Made by a program: the position numbers and the translations under genes. The notes beneath the pieces were generated by a model. The model had not been told where the DNA came from. It saw only the letters and a program-made list of their open reading frames with translations, and searched no databases. This document shows, piece after piece, positions 24,769 through 37,421 of a stretch of 47,602 nucleotides of DNA. Source of the stretch: Octopus bimaculoides. Taxonomy: Eukaryota. The stretch is taken from assembly GCF_001194135.2 (NCBI RefSeq), contig NC_068988.1:56248310-56295911 (forward strand). Direction: 5' to 3'. Numbering within the stretch: position 1 is the first letter of the stretch; every line of letters begins with the position of its first letter.

Positions 24769-25047
24769 TGCGTTATTTTCAAACTGAAGGCCTGGTCTGA
24801 TTACTCGCAATAGTGTGTAATAGGCACACAAGATCCAAATGCTATTGTCAAACTGTGCAAAAAGGCTGCGGCAGTTTGTCTTCGTTCACTATTAAATGTA
24901 TTCATTTCTTGTGTGATCCGACACCACACAACAGCGTATATTTTACGATGATTTGAGGAGAAACAAACAGTGAAGAACGTTATGTTTTTCATCAGAGTGG
25001 GAAAATAAAGGGAAGTAAAGCAAGATCCCTTCAGCTGGGAATTGACT

Positions 25048-25345
25048 CAGTGGTTCTCAACCATTTTTCGCTTATGAACCACTTTGGTTTCTATTTTACT
25101 CAGAGGATGGGACTTTCATAGCTTTCCGATGTCTAAAAATTCCTGCTATATTTTTATGATTAGATATTATTAGGAATGATATTTTTAAAATGTTTAAATA
25201 TTTTGTGTGTTGTAGAAGAAATATAACCAGTTTATTGTACATAAATTTTAACAAAATCTTATATGGATCCCTAAGGGTCATATGGACCTCCAAGATCCAT
25301 ATAAACCACTAATTGGTCCATTTGGACCTAGGTTGAGAATCAGTG
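25048..25345. mobile_element. hAT-Charlie-type non-autonomous DNA transposon (MITE)
   Basis: Terminal inverted repeats cagtggttctcaacc (25048) and ggttgagaatcagtg (25331-25345), 13/15 complementary. CAGTGGTTCTCAAC is the typical Charlie/MER5-type terminus. The 8-bp TSD is not preserved. Confidence 0.75.
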
Positions 25346-25514
25346 CTCTACGTCCTAATCTCAACCCACTGGTAACTTACTTCACCTTTGGATATCAAGA
25401 ATCCAACATACTTCCATCATCAGCTGCCCCACGAATATCGTTATGGTTTCGACACCTGGGCAGAGTACCATTCAATCCGGTGGTGTCGACAGCACTAAAA
25501 TAAGTGTTGTTTGA

Positions 25515-25915
25515 GAGGCACAGATGTGGCTGTGTGGTTAGTAATTTGTCTCCCAGCCACATGGTTCCGAGTTCTATCTAACAACGTGGCGCCCTGGGTA
25601 AGTGTCGTCTACTGTATCCTTGGGTCGATCAGAGCCTTCTGAGTGGATTTAGAAGACAGAAACTCAAAGAAACTCATCGTATTTTTACATATACATGTGT
25701 TTGTGTCTGCATGTGTACCCACAAACACATACACCGCTTGTCAAACGGTATTGGTTGGTTTACGTCCCCATAACTTCGACGTTCGGCAAAAAAAAACAAA
25801 TAGAAAAAGTACTAAGCAGAAAACAAAAATACGTACTGTCATCGGTTCGTTCGGCTAGAATTCTTCAAATCCGTCTCACCGCATGGCTGCAGCCAAATGA
25901 CTGGGATAAATAGAA
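25515..25915 (+). mobile_element. SINE family A, near full length, degenerate
   Basis: Head, centre and 3' gcatggctgcagccaaatgactg are all recognisable. Confidence 0.8.
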
Positions 25916-25939
25916 GCTGATATATATACGAGTTTATAT

Positions 25940-26075
25940 GCACAACAGACAGACTTCCACGCAGTTTCCATCTAAAACTTCACTCACGATATATGTAGAA
26001 GACGCCCAAAGCACCGAACAGTAGGACTGAACTTGAAGCCACATGGTAGGAAAGCGAGCTTGTTAACCACACCTA
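25940..26075 (-). mobile_element. SINE family A head fragment
   Basis: cagtttccatcta...gtagaagacgcccaaagcacc...ggactgaacttgaagccacatgg...aaccacac. Confidence 0.6.
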
Positions 26076-26789
26076 CTTTGTCCAAAAGGTACCTTTCCGA
26101 CAAATGAGAATTGTTACTTAATACCGTTTGTATTTTGACAGAAAGATAATCACAAAACCCTAATTGGCATCTACAAGACAAAGAGAGAAATTGTCATATG
26201 GTATTGAGCTTTTTTTATTTTTGTAAATTTTTATTTTAAAGATGAAGAAAAGAATTGTTTTAAGGTACTGGTTTTCTTTATGGACAAATGACCTTTTACG
26301 GCAACGCGGTACTGATCACATTTAAGGTCGAACAGACGAATTGTTTGAAGTGACTGTTTATATTTTAAAAACAAAGAAATGTTCTTTTGCTGAACAAACT
26401 GTTTTGTTTGTGTAACAAATGGTCCTTAGGGTTTTTTTTTTTCTTTGTAAGTGTATTGAGTTATCATAATTATCTTGGAGAAATAATGCAATAAACTGCT
26501 TTAACAAAGACTGCTTGAATCTTTTGGTCTTTTGCCATTTCTCATTATTGACATTTTGTAATGATATATCCTTGAGCAAGAAACGGAGTTATCACAGTTT
26601 CAATATAGGATTGTAAGCCGGAGCGTTATATAGACAAAAGTGCTAGAAATTGCCTGCATATTAAACTAATATTCCTTGGACAAAATACTCCAAATACTGT
26701 TTCAGCTTTAATCAAACTCATAGAGAGCAAGAAAGAGAAAGAGATTAAATGTGTGTGTGCGTGTTTGTGCCTGTGTGTGTCGGTGTGTT

Positions 26790-26856
<67 letters not shown>

Positions 26857-26924
26857 NNNNNNNNNNNNNNNNNNNNNNNNNNNNNNNNNNNNNNNNNNNN
26901 NNNNNNNNNNNNNNNNNNNNNNNN

Positions 26925-26955
<31 letters not shown>

Positions 26956-27179
26956 GTGCTAGATGCAGAGTCTGGCTGATGGCTAAAGCTTTCACCGACA
27001 TAATCTTATTAGAGTCTCTCATTGCCGGAAACGGATGAGAACAAATGTCCCTAGCTAGAGAACAAATACTTAAAAATTTGAGAAAAGTTCGGTCTCTTGT
27101 TCCTATGCATGTATAATAGAATATGAATGTACATCTATATCTGTACTTATTCCTTAATCTGTATGTCTATGCCTACATG

Positions 27180-27220
<41 letters not shown>

Positions 27221-28054
27221 CGCGCAGCTTTAACAGAATCCGCCATCATACACGAATGTTTCGTACAGAGTTGAGATTTGCGAACAAAACACGGCAGACA
27301 GACTGAAAGTTGAACTGATCGTCTGACTTGATAATTAAGTTTCCAGTTAGAATTGAAATCGTTTCACCTGATTTACTTTAATTTCTAACGAAGCTGCGTT
27401 TCACAGCATCCTGGGGCTCTTTCGTCTATAGCAACAAATTAAATAATGGCTGTGGATTCGGTTCACTAGAAAAACTGTCACAGAGGTATTCATAATATTG
27501 AATGTTGAGTCAACAAGAAATGCTTCACATGGTCACTCGAAATGCTAGAAATAGCAGTCAAATATCCATCAAACGAAAACAAGAGATTGTCATAGTTAGG
27601 TTATGGCAAAATAAACACGTTGGTTATGGTTAGAACGCCTTAGATCAGAAGTCAAGACCTCTAAAAGTCAAGATCTCAGCCTATGAGATTTATTACCTGG
27701 TTGGTCTTAATTTATATCATTTAATCAGGGAACCAAAGTCCCTTCGGGGATGCAAGTATCCTAGTTCTCCGGTTTATACTAAGGTACAGCGAAAACCAAG
27801 TATATTAGTTTATCATTGAAACGCATTAAAAACTTCATGAGTGAGAAAATGAAGAAAATAGAAACAATTGACGTACAGTCGTTATTTATTTAAAGAATTC
27901 AAATTCTTGTAGAGAAATTTCTGTAATTGAATTCTTTGGGTGTAGAAACAGCTGTAGGCAAGTATTTCTCTACAAGAAATTGAATATCTTTAAATAAATA
28001 GCGTTTGAACGTCAATGTTTTCTATTTTCTTAATTTTCTACATTCATATATGTA

Positions 28055-28474
28055 GGCGCAGGAGTGGCTGTGTGGCAAGAAGTTTGCTTCACAACCACAT
28101 GGTTCCGGGTTCAGTCCCACTGCGTTGCACCTTGGGCAAGTGTCTTCTGCTATAGCTTCGGGTTGACCAAAGCCTTGTGAGTGAATTTGGTAGATATATA
28201 TGTGTGTGTGTGAGGGGGTGTATTTGTGTGTCTGTGTTCCCCCCCCCCACCATTGCTTGACAATCGATCTTAGTGTGTTTACGTCTCCGAAACTTAGCGG
28301 TTCGGCAAAAAAGACCGATCGAATAAGTACAAGTCCCCATAATCTAGCGGTTCGGCAAAAGTGTGCGATAGAATAAGAACCAGGACTACAAAGAATAAGT
28401 TCTGGAGTCGATTTCTTCGACTAAAATGCAGTACTCCAGTATGGTTGCAAGTCAAATGACTGAAACAATTAAAA

Positions 28475-28475
<1 letters not shown>
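28055..28475 (+). mobile_element. SINE family A, full length, with 50-bp internal duplication
   Basis: Complete head to tail; duplicated segment at 28283-28332 and 28333-28382. Confidence 0.9.
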
Positions 28476-28519
<44 letters not shown>

Positions 28520-29040
28520 TATAAAGATATATGTGTGCATGTGTGTGCGTGTGTTTGTGTGCATATATACACGAGTGTTTATGGCAACCTATGTTTCATA
28601 GAGTCAGTTACACTATGATGTAACTGTATGATGCTCGTAAATGTCCTAAATATGCAGTACACAAACACACTCATACATACGCAGACATAAACGCACATAT
28701 ATCGTGTACATATTCACACGTCCTTATACATTTCGACGTGTGTTTTGCAGTGTGTGTCTGCCTGTGCGTGCCCGTCTGTGTATGTGCATATATGTGAATG
28801 AATGTGATGAGCGTTTATGTAAATATATGCTTACGTTTCTGTTAGCAGTGTTCGCTTATTCAGCTGGTCGACTCGCTTTAATATCCTTAATAATTACATT
28901 GTCTAGTCATGTACTGACCCCTGACCTTCTCTCTCTTTCTTTCTTTCTTTTACTCTTCTTCTCCCTCTCTTTCTCTCTCCCTCAATACATGTATAAATAT
29001 ATATGCATGTATATAAATATGTATGTGTTACGCACACACG

Positions 29041-29080
<40 letters not shown>

Positions 29081-29924
29081 NNNNNNNNNNNNNNNNNNNN
29101 NNNNNNNNNNNNNNNNNNNNNNNNNNNNNNNNNNNNNNNNNNNNNNNNNNNNNNNNNNNNNNNNNNNNNNNNNNNNNNNNNNNNNNNNNNNNNNNNNNNN
29201 NNNNNNNNNNNNNNNNNNNNNNNNNNNNNNNNNNNNNNNNNNNNNNNNNNNNNNNNNNNNNNNNNNNNNNNNNNNNNNNNNNNNNNNNNNNNNNNNNNNN
29301 NNNNNNNNNNNNNNNNNNNNNNNNNNNNNNNNNNNNNNNNNNNNNNNNNNNNNNNNNNNNNNNNNNNNNNNNNNNNNNNNNNNNNNNNNNNNNNNNNNNN
29401 NNNNNNNNNNNNNNNNNNNNNNNNNNNNNNNNNNNNNNNNNNNNNNNNNNNNNNNNNNNNNNNNNNNNNNNNNNNNNNNNNNNNNNNNNNNNNNNNNNNN
29501 NNNNNNNNNNNNNNNNNNNNNNNNNNNNNNNNNNNNNNNNNNNNNNNNNNNNNNNNNNNNNNNNNNNNNNNNNNNNNNNNNNNNNNNNNNNNNNNNNNNN
29601 NNNNNNNNNNNNNNNNNNNNNNNNNNNNNNNNNNNNNNNNNNNNNNNNNNNNNNNNNNNNNNNNNNNNNNNNNNNNNNNNNNNNNNNNNNNNNNNNNNNN
29701 NNNNNNNNNNNNNNNNNNNNNNNNNNNNNNNNNNNNNNNNNNNNNNNNNNNNNNNNNNNNNNNNNNNNNNNNNNNNNNNNNNNNNNNNNNNNNNNNNNNN
29801 NNNNNNNNNNNNNNNNNNNNNNNNNNNNNNNNNNNNNNNNNNNNNNNNNNNNNNNNNNNNNNNNNNNNNNNNNNNNNNNNNNNNNNNNNNNNNNNNNNNN
29901 NNNNNNNNNNNNNNNNNNNNNNNN

Positions 29925-30246
29925 TGGAAGCCTAGTACTTATTCTATCGGTTCTCTTTTGCCGAACCGCTAAGTTACGGGGACATAAACATACCAGCATC
30001 GGTTGTCAAGCGATGTTGGGGGGACAAACACAGACACACAAACACATGCACACACATATATATACATATATATACATATATACGACGGGCTTCTTTCAGT
30101 TTCCGTCTACCAAATCCACTCACAAGGCTTTGGTCGGCCCGAGGCTATAGTAGAAGACACTTGCCCAAGATGCCACGCTTTCGGACTGAACCCGGGACCA
30201 TGTGGTTGGTAAGCAAGCTACTTACCACACAGCCACTCCTACGCCT
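29925..30246 (-). mobile_element. SINE family A, well conserved (3' end in a gap)
   Basis: Near-consensus reverse complement, including the internal (CA)/(TA) tract. Confidence 0.92.
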
Positions 30247-30268
30247 ATAATAATAATGATGATGATGA

Positions 30269-31138
30269 TTTCAAATTTTGGCGCAACGCCAGAAATTCGG
30301 AGGAAAGGGTGAAGTCGATTACATCGACCCAAGTGTTCAAACTGGTACTTATTGTTATTGACCCCGAAAGGATGAACGATAGAATCGACCTCGGCAGAAT
30401 TTGAACTCAGAACGTAAAGACGGACCAAATTCCGCTAAGCATTTTGTCCAACACGGTAACGATTCTGCCAGCTTGTCGCCTTAACAATAATAATAATGAT
30501 AATTTCTACTATAGGCACAAGGCCTGAAATTTTGGGGGAGGAGGCTAGTCGATTACATGGATCCTAGTATTTCACTAGTTCTTGATTTATCGACCCCGAA
30601 AGGGATAAAAGGCATAGTTGATCTCGGCTGAATTTGAACTCAGAACGTAGCGGCAGGCGAAATACTGTTAAGTATTTCGTTCAGCGTTCTAACGATTCTG
30701 CCAGCTCGCCACCTTAACAATAATAATGATAATTCTTTCTACTATTTGCACAAGACCTGAAATTTACGGGAACGGAGGCTAGTCGATTGCATTGATCCCA
30801 GCACGCGACTGGTACTTATTTTATCGACCCCGAAACGAAATTCCGTTGAGCATATCGCCCGGCTTGCTAACGGTTCTGCCATCTTGTAGCCTTAATATCA
30901 TCAACAACAATAATAATAATGGTCCTTTCTACTGAGGGCACAAGGCCTCAAATTATAGGGAAGGGGACTAGTCGATTATATCGACTCCAGTGTTTCACTG
31001 GTACTTGATTTATCGACCCCGAAAGGATAAAAGGCAATGTCGACCTCGGAGGAATTTGAACTCAGAACGTAAAGACAGATGAAATGCCGCTAAACATTTG
31101 GCCCAGCGTGCTGACGATTCTGCCAGCTCTCCACCTTC
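30269..31138 (-). mobile_element. Head-to-tail array of four SINE-B1 copies (30269-30483, 30503-30716, 30736-30893, 30924-31138)
   Basis: Four repeats of tail, atcgacccc core and ctgccagctc head, separated by short (AAT)n spacers. Copy 3 has an internal deletion. Confidence 0.9.
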
Positions 31139-31139
31139 A

Positions 31140-31193
31140 TAATAGTAATAATAATAATGATGAGGACAAGAGGAGGAGGATAACAACAACAGC

Positions 31194-31251
<58 letters not shown>

Positions 31252-31900
31252 GTGATGGTGATGATGATAAGAATCACCATCTCTATTAACGGCAACTTCG
31301 TCTCGACTAGTTTATTAGCCTCTCCTCCCCCATTATCATTGTCATCAATACTATTGTCACTACCACGACCATCACCATCACTAACTACCACTATCAGAAA
31401 GAAAACCCCACCACTTCCACCACCGCCACCATCCAGCCTATCTCCCATCACCAACCACTACCACCACCACCACCACCACAACTACCACCATCACCACCAC
31501 TACTATCCTTAACACCACCATGTCCCACGTTACCCAGCAGCCCCCGCCACCACTAACCACTTGAACCATCACCGCCACCAATTTCACTGCACGTCCAACA
31601 CCACTAGTCACTACTACCCCCCCCCCACACACACGCTACCGCTTATCACCGCCATCACCAACCACAATCAACATCACCTCCGCCATTATCAGAACGACGT
31701 CCACCGCCGACCGCCACCACTACCATACCACATCCACAACCATTATTGCCATCACTACCACAACCAATACTTCACAACCCTTACTGCCATCGCTACCACC
31801 ACCACTGCTTTCACAACCGTCATTACACCTCCACCTCATGATCTCCATTCTCCATCAACACCACCACAACCACCACCTCTTCAGTTACTGTTGTTAATAG
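31140..31900. repeat. (GAT)n plus degenerate (CAC/CAT/CAA)n low-complexity tract
   Basis: Directly visible triplet periodicity. Confidence 0.9.
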
Positions 31901-33173
31901 CCAAAAGGTAACTGCGACTGCTTATTACAAAACTTGAACGTGTACATAGCTGTAGGATGGCAGATAGGAGGGTAGATCAGGTCCACTTGTGTGTCTATTG
32001 CTACAGACGTGTCAATATCCAAATGAAAGCAACCTCTTGAAACTTAGAGAGGCTTGAATAGAAAGCAAACAAAAAAAATAATAATGAATAGAAACAAAAT
32101 AAAAATGTAAAAAATACGTATTTTATAGTTTTTGAAGAGTGAAACTGTGAGTATTGTACAAAAAAAAAACGAGTTTTTACTCCGTAGAAAAAGGACTATT
32201 GTCATTCATGTAGACATATATATATATATATATATATGCATATATNNNNNNNNNNNNNNNNNNNNNNNNNNNNNNNNNNNNNNNNNNNNNNNNNNNNNNN
32301 NNNNNNNNNNNNNNNNNNNNNNNNNNNNNNNNNNNNNNNNNNNNNNNNNNNNNNNNNNNNNNNNNNNNNNNNNNNNNNNNNNNNNNNNNNNNNNNNNNNN
32401 NNNNNNNNNNNNNNNNNNNNNNNNNNNNNNNNNNNNNNNNNNNNNNNNNNNNNNNNNNNNNNNNNNNNNNNNNNNNNNNNNNNNNNNNNNNNNNNNNNNN
32501 NNNNNNNNNNNNNNNNNNNNNNNNNNNNNNNNNNNNNNNNNNNNNNNNNNNNNNNNNNNNNNNNNNNNNNNNNNNNNNNNNNNNNNNNNNNNNNNNNNNN
32601 NNNNNNNNNNNNNNNNNNNNNNNNNNNNNNNNNNNNNNNNNNNNNNNNNNNNNNNNNNNNNNNNNNNNNNNNNNNNNNNNNNNNNNNNNNNNNNNNNNNN
32701 NNNNNNNNNNNNNNNNNNNNNNNNNNNNNNNNNNNNNNNNNNNNNNNNNNNNNNNNNNNNNNNNNNNNNNNNNNNNNNNNNNNNNNNNNNNNNNNNNNNN
32801 NNNNNNNNNNNNNNNNNNNNNNNNNNNNNNNNNNNNNNNNNNNNNNNNNNNNNNNNNNNNNNNNNNNNNNNNNNNNNNNNNNNNNNNNNNNNNNNNNNNN
32901 NNNNNNNNNNNNNNNNNNNNNNNNNNNNNNNNNNNNNNNNNNNNNNNNNNNNNNNNNNNNNNNNNNNNNNNNNNNNNNNNNNNNNNNNNNNNNNNNNNNN
33001 NNNNNNNNNNNNNNNNNNNNNNNNNNNNNNNNNNNNNNNNNNNNNNNNNNNNNNNNNNNNNNNNNNNNNNNNNNNNNNNNNNNNNNNNNNNNNNNNNNNN
33101 NNNNNNNNNNNNNNNNNNNNNNNNNNNNNNNNNNNNNNNNNNNNNNNNNNNNNNNNNNNNNNNNNNNNNNNNN

Positions 33174-33207
<34 letters not shown>

Positions 33208-33687
33208 TATTATGTATATGTATGTATTTATGTCTATATCTATATATATGCGTGTGTGTATGTGCGTGTGTTTAAAACAGACACAAATAAAGGTTTATAT
33301 ACATTCACTTAATCATTTATTCATTTATTTATTTGTTATAGTATTACATCTGTTTCAGATAAGCGTTTGGGTTTGTTCATGATTCAATCTTATCGATCGA
33401 TCGATTGATAGACTGAAAATATAGAGAAACAGTGCTCACGCTTGTATGTATATATGTATGTATGTACATACGTATGAATGTACATACGTATGTATGTATG
33501 TATGCATGCATGGAAGTATGCATGTACGTACGGGTGGATGAATGGATGGATGGATATTATGTCTACTATTATATTAAAGCCTCAGAACATAAATTGGTTG
33601 TTTTGGAACTGCAATATTTTATAGATAACATAACTTTACTCTGACTTAAGAAACCTTATTGTGGGTATATATATATGTGTGTGTATA

Positions 33688-33751
<64 letters not shown>

Positions 33752-34424
33752 TNNNNNNNNNNNNNNNNNNNNNNNNNNNNNNNNNNNNNNNNNNNNNNNN
33801 NNNNNNNNNNNNNNNNNNNNNNNNNNNNNNNNNNNNNNNNNNNNNNNNNNNNNNNNNNNNNNNNNNNNNNNNNNNNNNNNNNNNNNNNNNNNNNNNNNNN
33901 NNNNNNNNNNNNNNNNNNNNNNNNNNNNNNNNNNNNNNNNNNNNNNNNNNNNNNNNNNNNNNNNNNNNNNNNNNNNNNNNNNNNNNNNNNNNNNNNNNNN
34001 NNNNNNNNNNNNNNNNNNNNNNNNNNNNNNNNNNNNNNNNNNNNNNNNNNNNNNNNNNNNNNNNNNNNNNNNNNNNNNNNNNNNNNNNNNNNNNNNNNNN
34101 NNNNNNNNNNNNNNNNNNNNNNNNNNNNNNNNNNNNNNNNNNNNNNNNNNNNNNNNNNNNNNNNNNNNNNNNNNNNNNNNNNNNNNNNNNNNNNNNNNNN
34201 NNNNNNNNNNNNNNNNNNNNNNNNNNNNNNNNNNNNNNNNNNNNNNNNNNNNNNNNNNNNNNNNNNNNNNNNNNNNNNNNNNNNNNNNNNNNNNNNNNNN
34301 NNNNNNNNNNNNNNNNNNNNNNNNNNNNNNNNNNNNNNNNNNNNNNNNNNNNNNNNNNNNNNNNNNNNNNNNNNNNNNNNNNNNNNNNNNNNNNNNNNNN
34401 NNNNNNNNNNNNNNNNNNNNNNNN

Positions 34425-34461
<37 letters not shown>

Positions 34462-34629
34462 CGACAAGCTTCTTTCAGTTTCGGTCTACCAAATCTATTT
34501 AAAAGGCTTTGGCCGGCTCGAGGCTATAGTAGAAGATACTTGCCCAAGGTGCCACGGAGTGGAACTAAAACCGGAACCATGTGATTGGAAAGGAAGCTTC
34601 TTCTTACTACACAGCCACGCCTGCGCCTA
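34425..34629 (-). mobile_element. SINE family A, 5' half
   Basis: Reverse complement of the family-A head, ending at ccacgcctgcgcc. Confidence 0.88.
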
Positions 34630-35282
34630 ATCTCTTTGATGCGAACAATATGTGCTTGTGCGCGTGCTCCCGTGCGAGTGAGTGTGTGTCCGTGCACGTG
34701 CATGTGTCCACGTGTATGATGTGCGTGTATATATGTACACGCACACACGCGCGCGCGCGCATGCGCGCGCACACACACACACACATACACGCACGCACAC
34801 ATTGCGTCGGTTAGCACATCTCGCTTGCTACATGCTTTGCAAGATAGACATTACTACAAAAAAACCCCAGTTTTTTTTTTGTTTTTGTTTTTCAATGAGA
34901 GGACTATTTTCACTTAAAGATGACCTTAAGCTTCATGGATTTAACGGATTTTATTGTCAAGAATGTGGCGTCACTGATTTCACAGCATCAGCACGCTTTA
35001 GTAACGCGACAAAGCTTATCTGAGTGTGTGTGATTGTGTGCGCAAGCGTATGCGACTGAGTTTTTATTTACCGGTATGTGATGTGTCTGTATCTCTACGA
35101 GACATATACACACTCATATATTGATACACGTGTACAATGCGTACAAATAATCACGTACGAATATACGTGTGTGTGTATGTGTGTTGTCGATGTACATATA
35201 CAAGCATGCGCATACACATACGCACACGCACACGCATACATATATACATATATATATATATTCATATATTAATTCGTATTTT

Positions 35283-35316
<34 letters not shown>

Positions 35317-35350
35317 CAGACAGATAGATATACCTATCTACATATACATG

Positions 35351-35395
<45 letters not shown>

Positions 35396-35396
35396 G

Positions 35397-35521
35397 CAAC
35401 CACATGGTTCCGGGTTCAGTCCCACTGCGTAGCACCTTGGGCAAGTGTCTTCTACTATAGCCTCGGGCCGACCAAAGCCTTGTGAGTGGATCTGGTAGAC
35501 GGAAACTGAAAGAAACTTGTC

Positions 35522-35599
<78 letters not shown>

Positions 35600-35850
35600 A
35601 TGTGTGTGTGTGTGTGTATGTGTGTGTAAGTGTGTGTGTGTCTGTGTCTGTGTTTGTGTGTCTGTGTTTGTCCCCCCCACCACCATCGCTTGGTGTGTTT
35701 ACGTCGCTGTAGCCTAGCAGTTTAGCAAAAGAGACCGATATAATGAATACTAGGTTTACAAAAAATAAATCCTGGGGTCGACTTTTTCGACTAAAGTCAG
35801 TGCTCCGGCATGGACGCAGTCAGATAACTGAAGCAAATAAAAGAAAAGAA
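35397..35850 (+). mobile_element. SINE family A, slightly 5'-truncated, with long internal (TA)n(TG)n
   Basis: Starts at caaccacatggttcc; complete 3' half to gcatggacgcagtcagataactgaagcaaataaaaga. Confidence 0.9.
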
Positions 35851-35884
35851 AAATGTAAAAGAAAAATATATGTATAAACATACG

Positions 35885-36030
35885 ATGGACTTCGGCACAG
35901 CCTCCATTTAAAAACTTCTACTCCGAAAGCTTTTGTCAAGTTGAGGCAGCTTTCAGATAACTTCTCAAGTTGCCGTGCTGTAGTATCGAACCAAAGCAAA
36001 CGTTTTAACCACATAGCTAGACTTGCATCC
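35885..36030 (-). mobile_element. SINE family A head, very degenerate
   Basis: gataacttctcaagttgccgtgctgtagtatcgaacc...ttaaccacatagct loosely matches. Confidence 0.4.
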
Positions 36031-37421
36031 CCCAATACAAAGCATATCGTATTATATACATAGATATCATATGAAATTCCAGTCATTTGAACAACGCTGA
36101 AATTCAAGATGGTAGTCACGTTTTATCTATTCCTACATTGCGAAATACATTGTTCTACGGAGGAAGTAAGATCCACTTAAGGTCTCTTGAGATCAAGCAA
36201 AAGGATTTTTTGCAATTATACATTTTAATAGCTCCATAAACGTTCCTTGTGACAACACCACAGAAACTACTTGGTAACATAAGAGTTCTGGATGTAATTC
36301 GAAACGTTTGGAATTTTAAACAAGTCAATAAATGACTGTGACATAGATACTGCTAATTTCAATATTTAAGATGTCGGCGTATTTCAATGGTTAACTAGGG
36401 CGAAAATCAAAATATCACATCTCGGTAAGCAGGATCATAAATATACATATTTTTGCTTGAGGTTTATTCGAGGGTTTTTTTTGTTTTTTTTAAATTTTGT
36501 TTCCACCTTGGCAGAATTCAAGCTGGCCACTAAGACAATGGAAAAGCTCTCCGTTGTTTAAATAAACAGAGCTCCTGAGGTTTGTGGTTGTCTGAATTGG
36601 CTGGCGTGTATGTGTGTGCTTATATGTATGTGGGTGTGCATGTCACAGTAGAATACAAGTTTTTAATTGCATATCGTATAGCTTTGTGTATTTGTGTGCG
36701 CGCGTGTGTGCGTGTGTGTACGTGCGTGTGTGTGCGTGCGTGTCTGCGTGGATCCATCCCAGAGATCTAAAAAGGAGAATCACTCTACCTTTTATTTGGA
36801 GAATGTGCATGAATTCACTTCGTTTCTTTTTTCTAAGATTTAATGCACATCTGTTGTTACGTAGCCCACTGCACTGGTAATAATAAGTGTAAATGAAAAT
36901 TTATAGCCTGGGTAGAAGAATAGTAGATTTTTTCCACTAATTATTTATACATGTTCTCCGAGTCTCCAAATTTCTAGGAGACATTTACATCCGCCGGGCA
37001 TTTTACGATCTTGATGGTGTAGCCTTTCAAACTACGCTCTACTACTGGTGAATTTAATAAAAACTTGCGATCTATGGCTTTATTTAATAGTAATGGTTAA
37101 CAAGATGGTGGACTACTTTCCTAACTGTTCGCAGTTTGTGTTTAAAGACAATTAATTTACCTGTTAGTAAGTCTGTCAATAAAATAATCTATCATAGAGT
37201 TGTTACTGGTGGTTTGCGAGCATTCAGCTTTGTTTATAATGCACTTCATATTTCGCGTTAAGTCAACATGTATATGTAAATAAGTGTTTTAAACAACTAC
37301 CTTTCTGAGGCCTGCTGATAAAGGGAATAGATGCGTGTATAATATCTATGTGTCTTTATGTCACAATATTTGGCGTAAAAAAAATAATAAATGTATTTTA
37401 TTCTGTGATAAATATATGTTT

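Noticed and set aside
5494-31138. CRISPR-like or regularly spaced repeat (atcgacccc units, 30.2-31.1 kb array)
   Set aside because: The context is eukaryotic, the 'spacers' are homologous SINE bodies, and there are no cas genes.
31084-31911. Poly-Met/His/Pro/Thr ORFs
   Set aside because: They start inside SINE-B and are generated by (GAT)n/(CAC)n repeats; there are no splice or codon signals beyond triplet periodicity.
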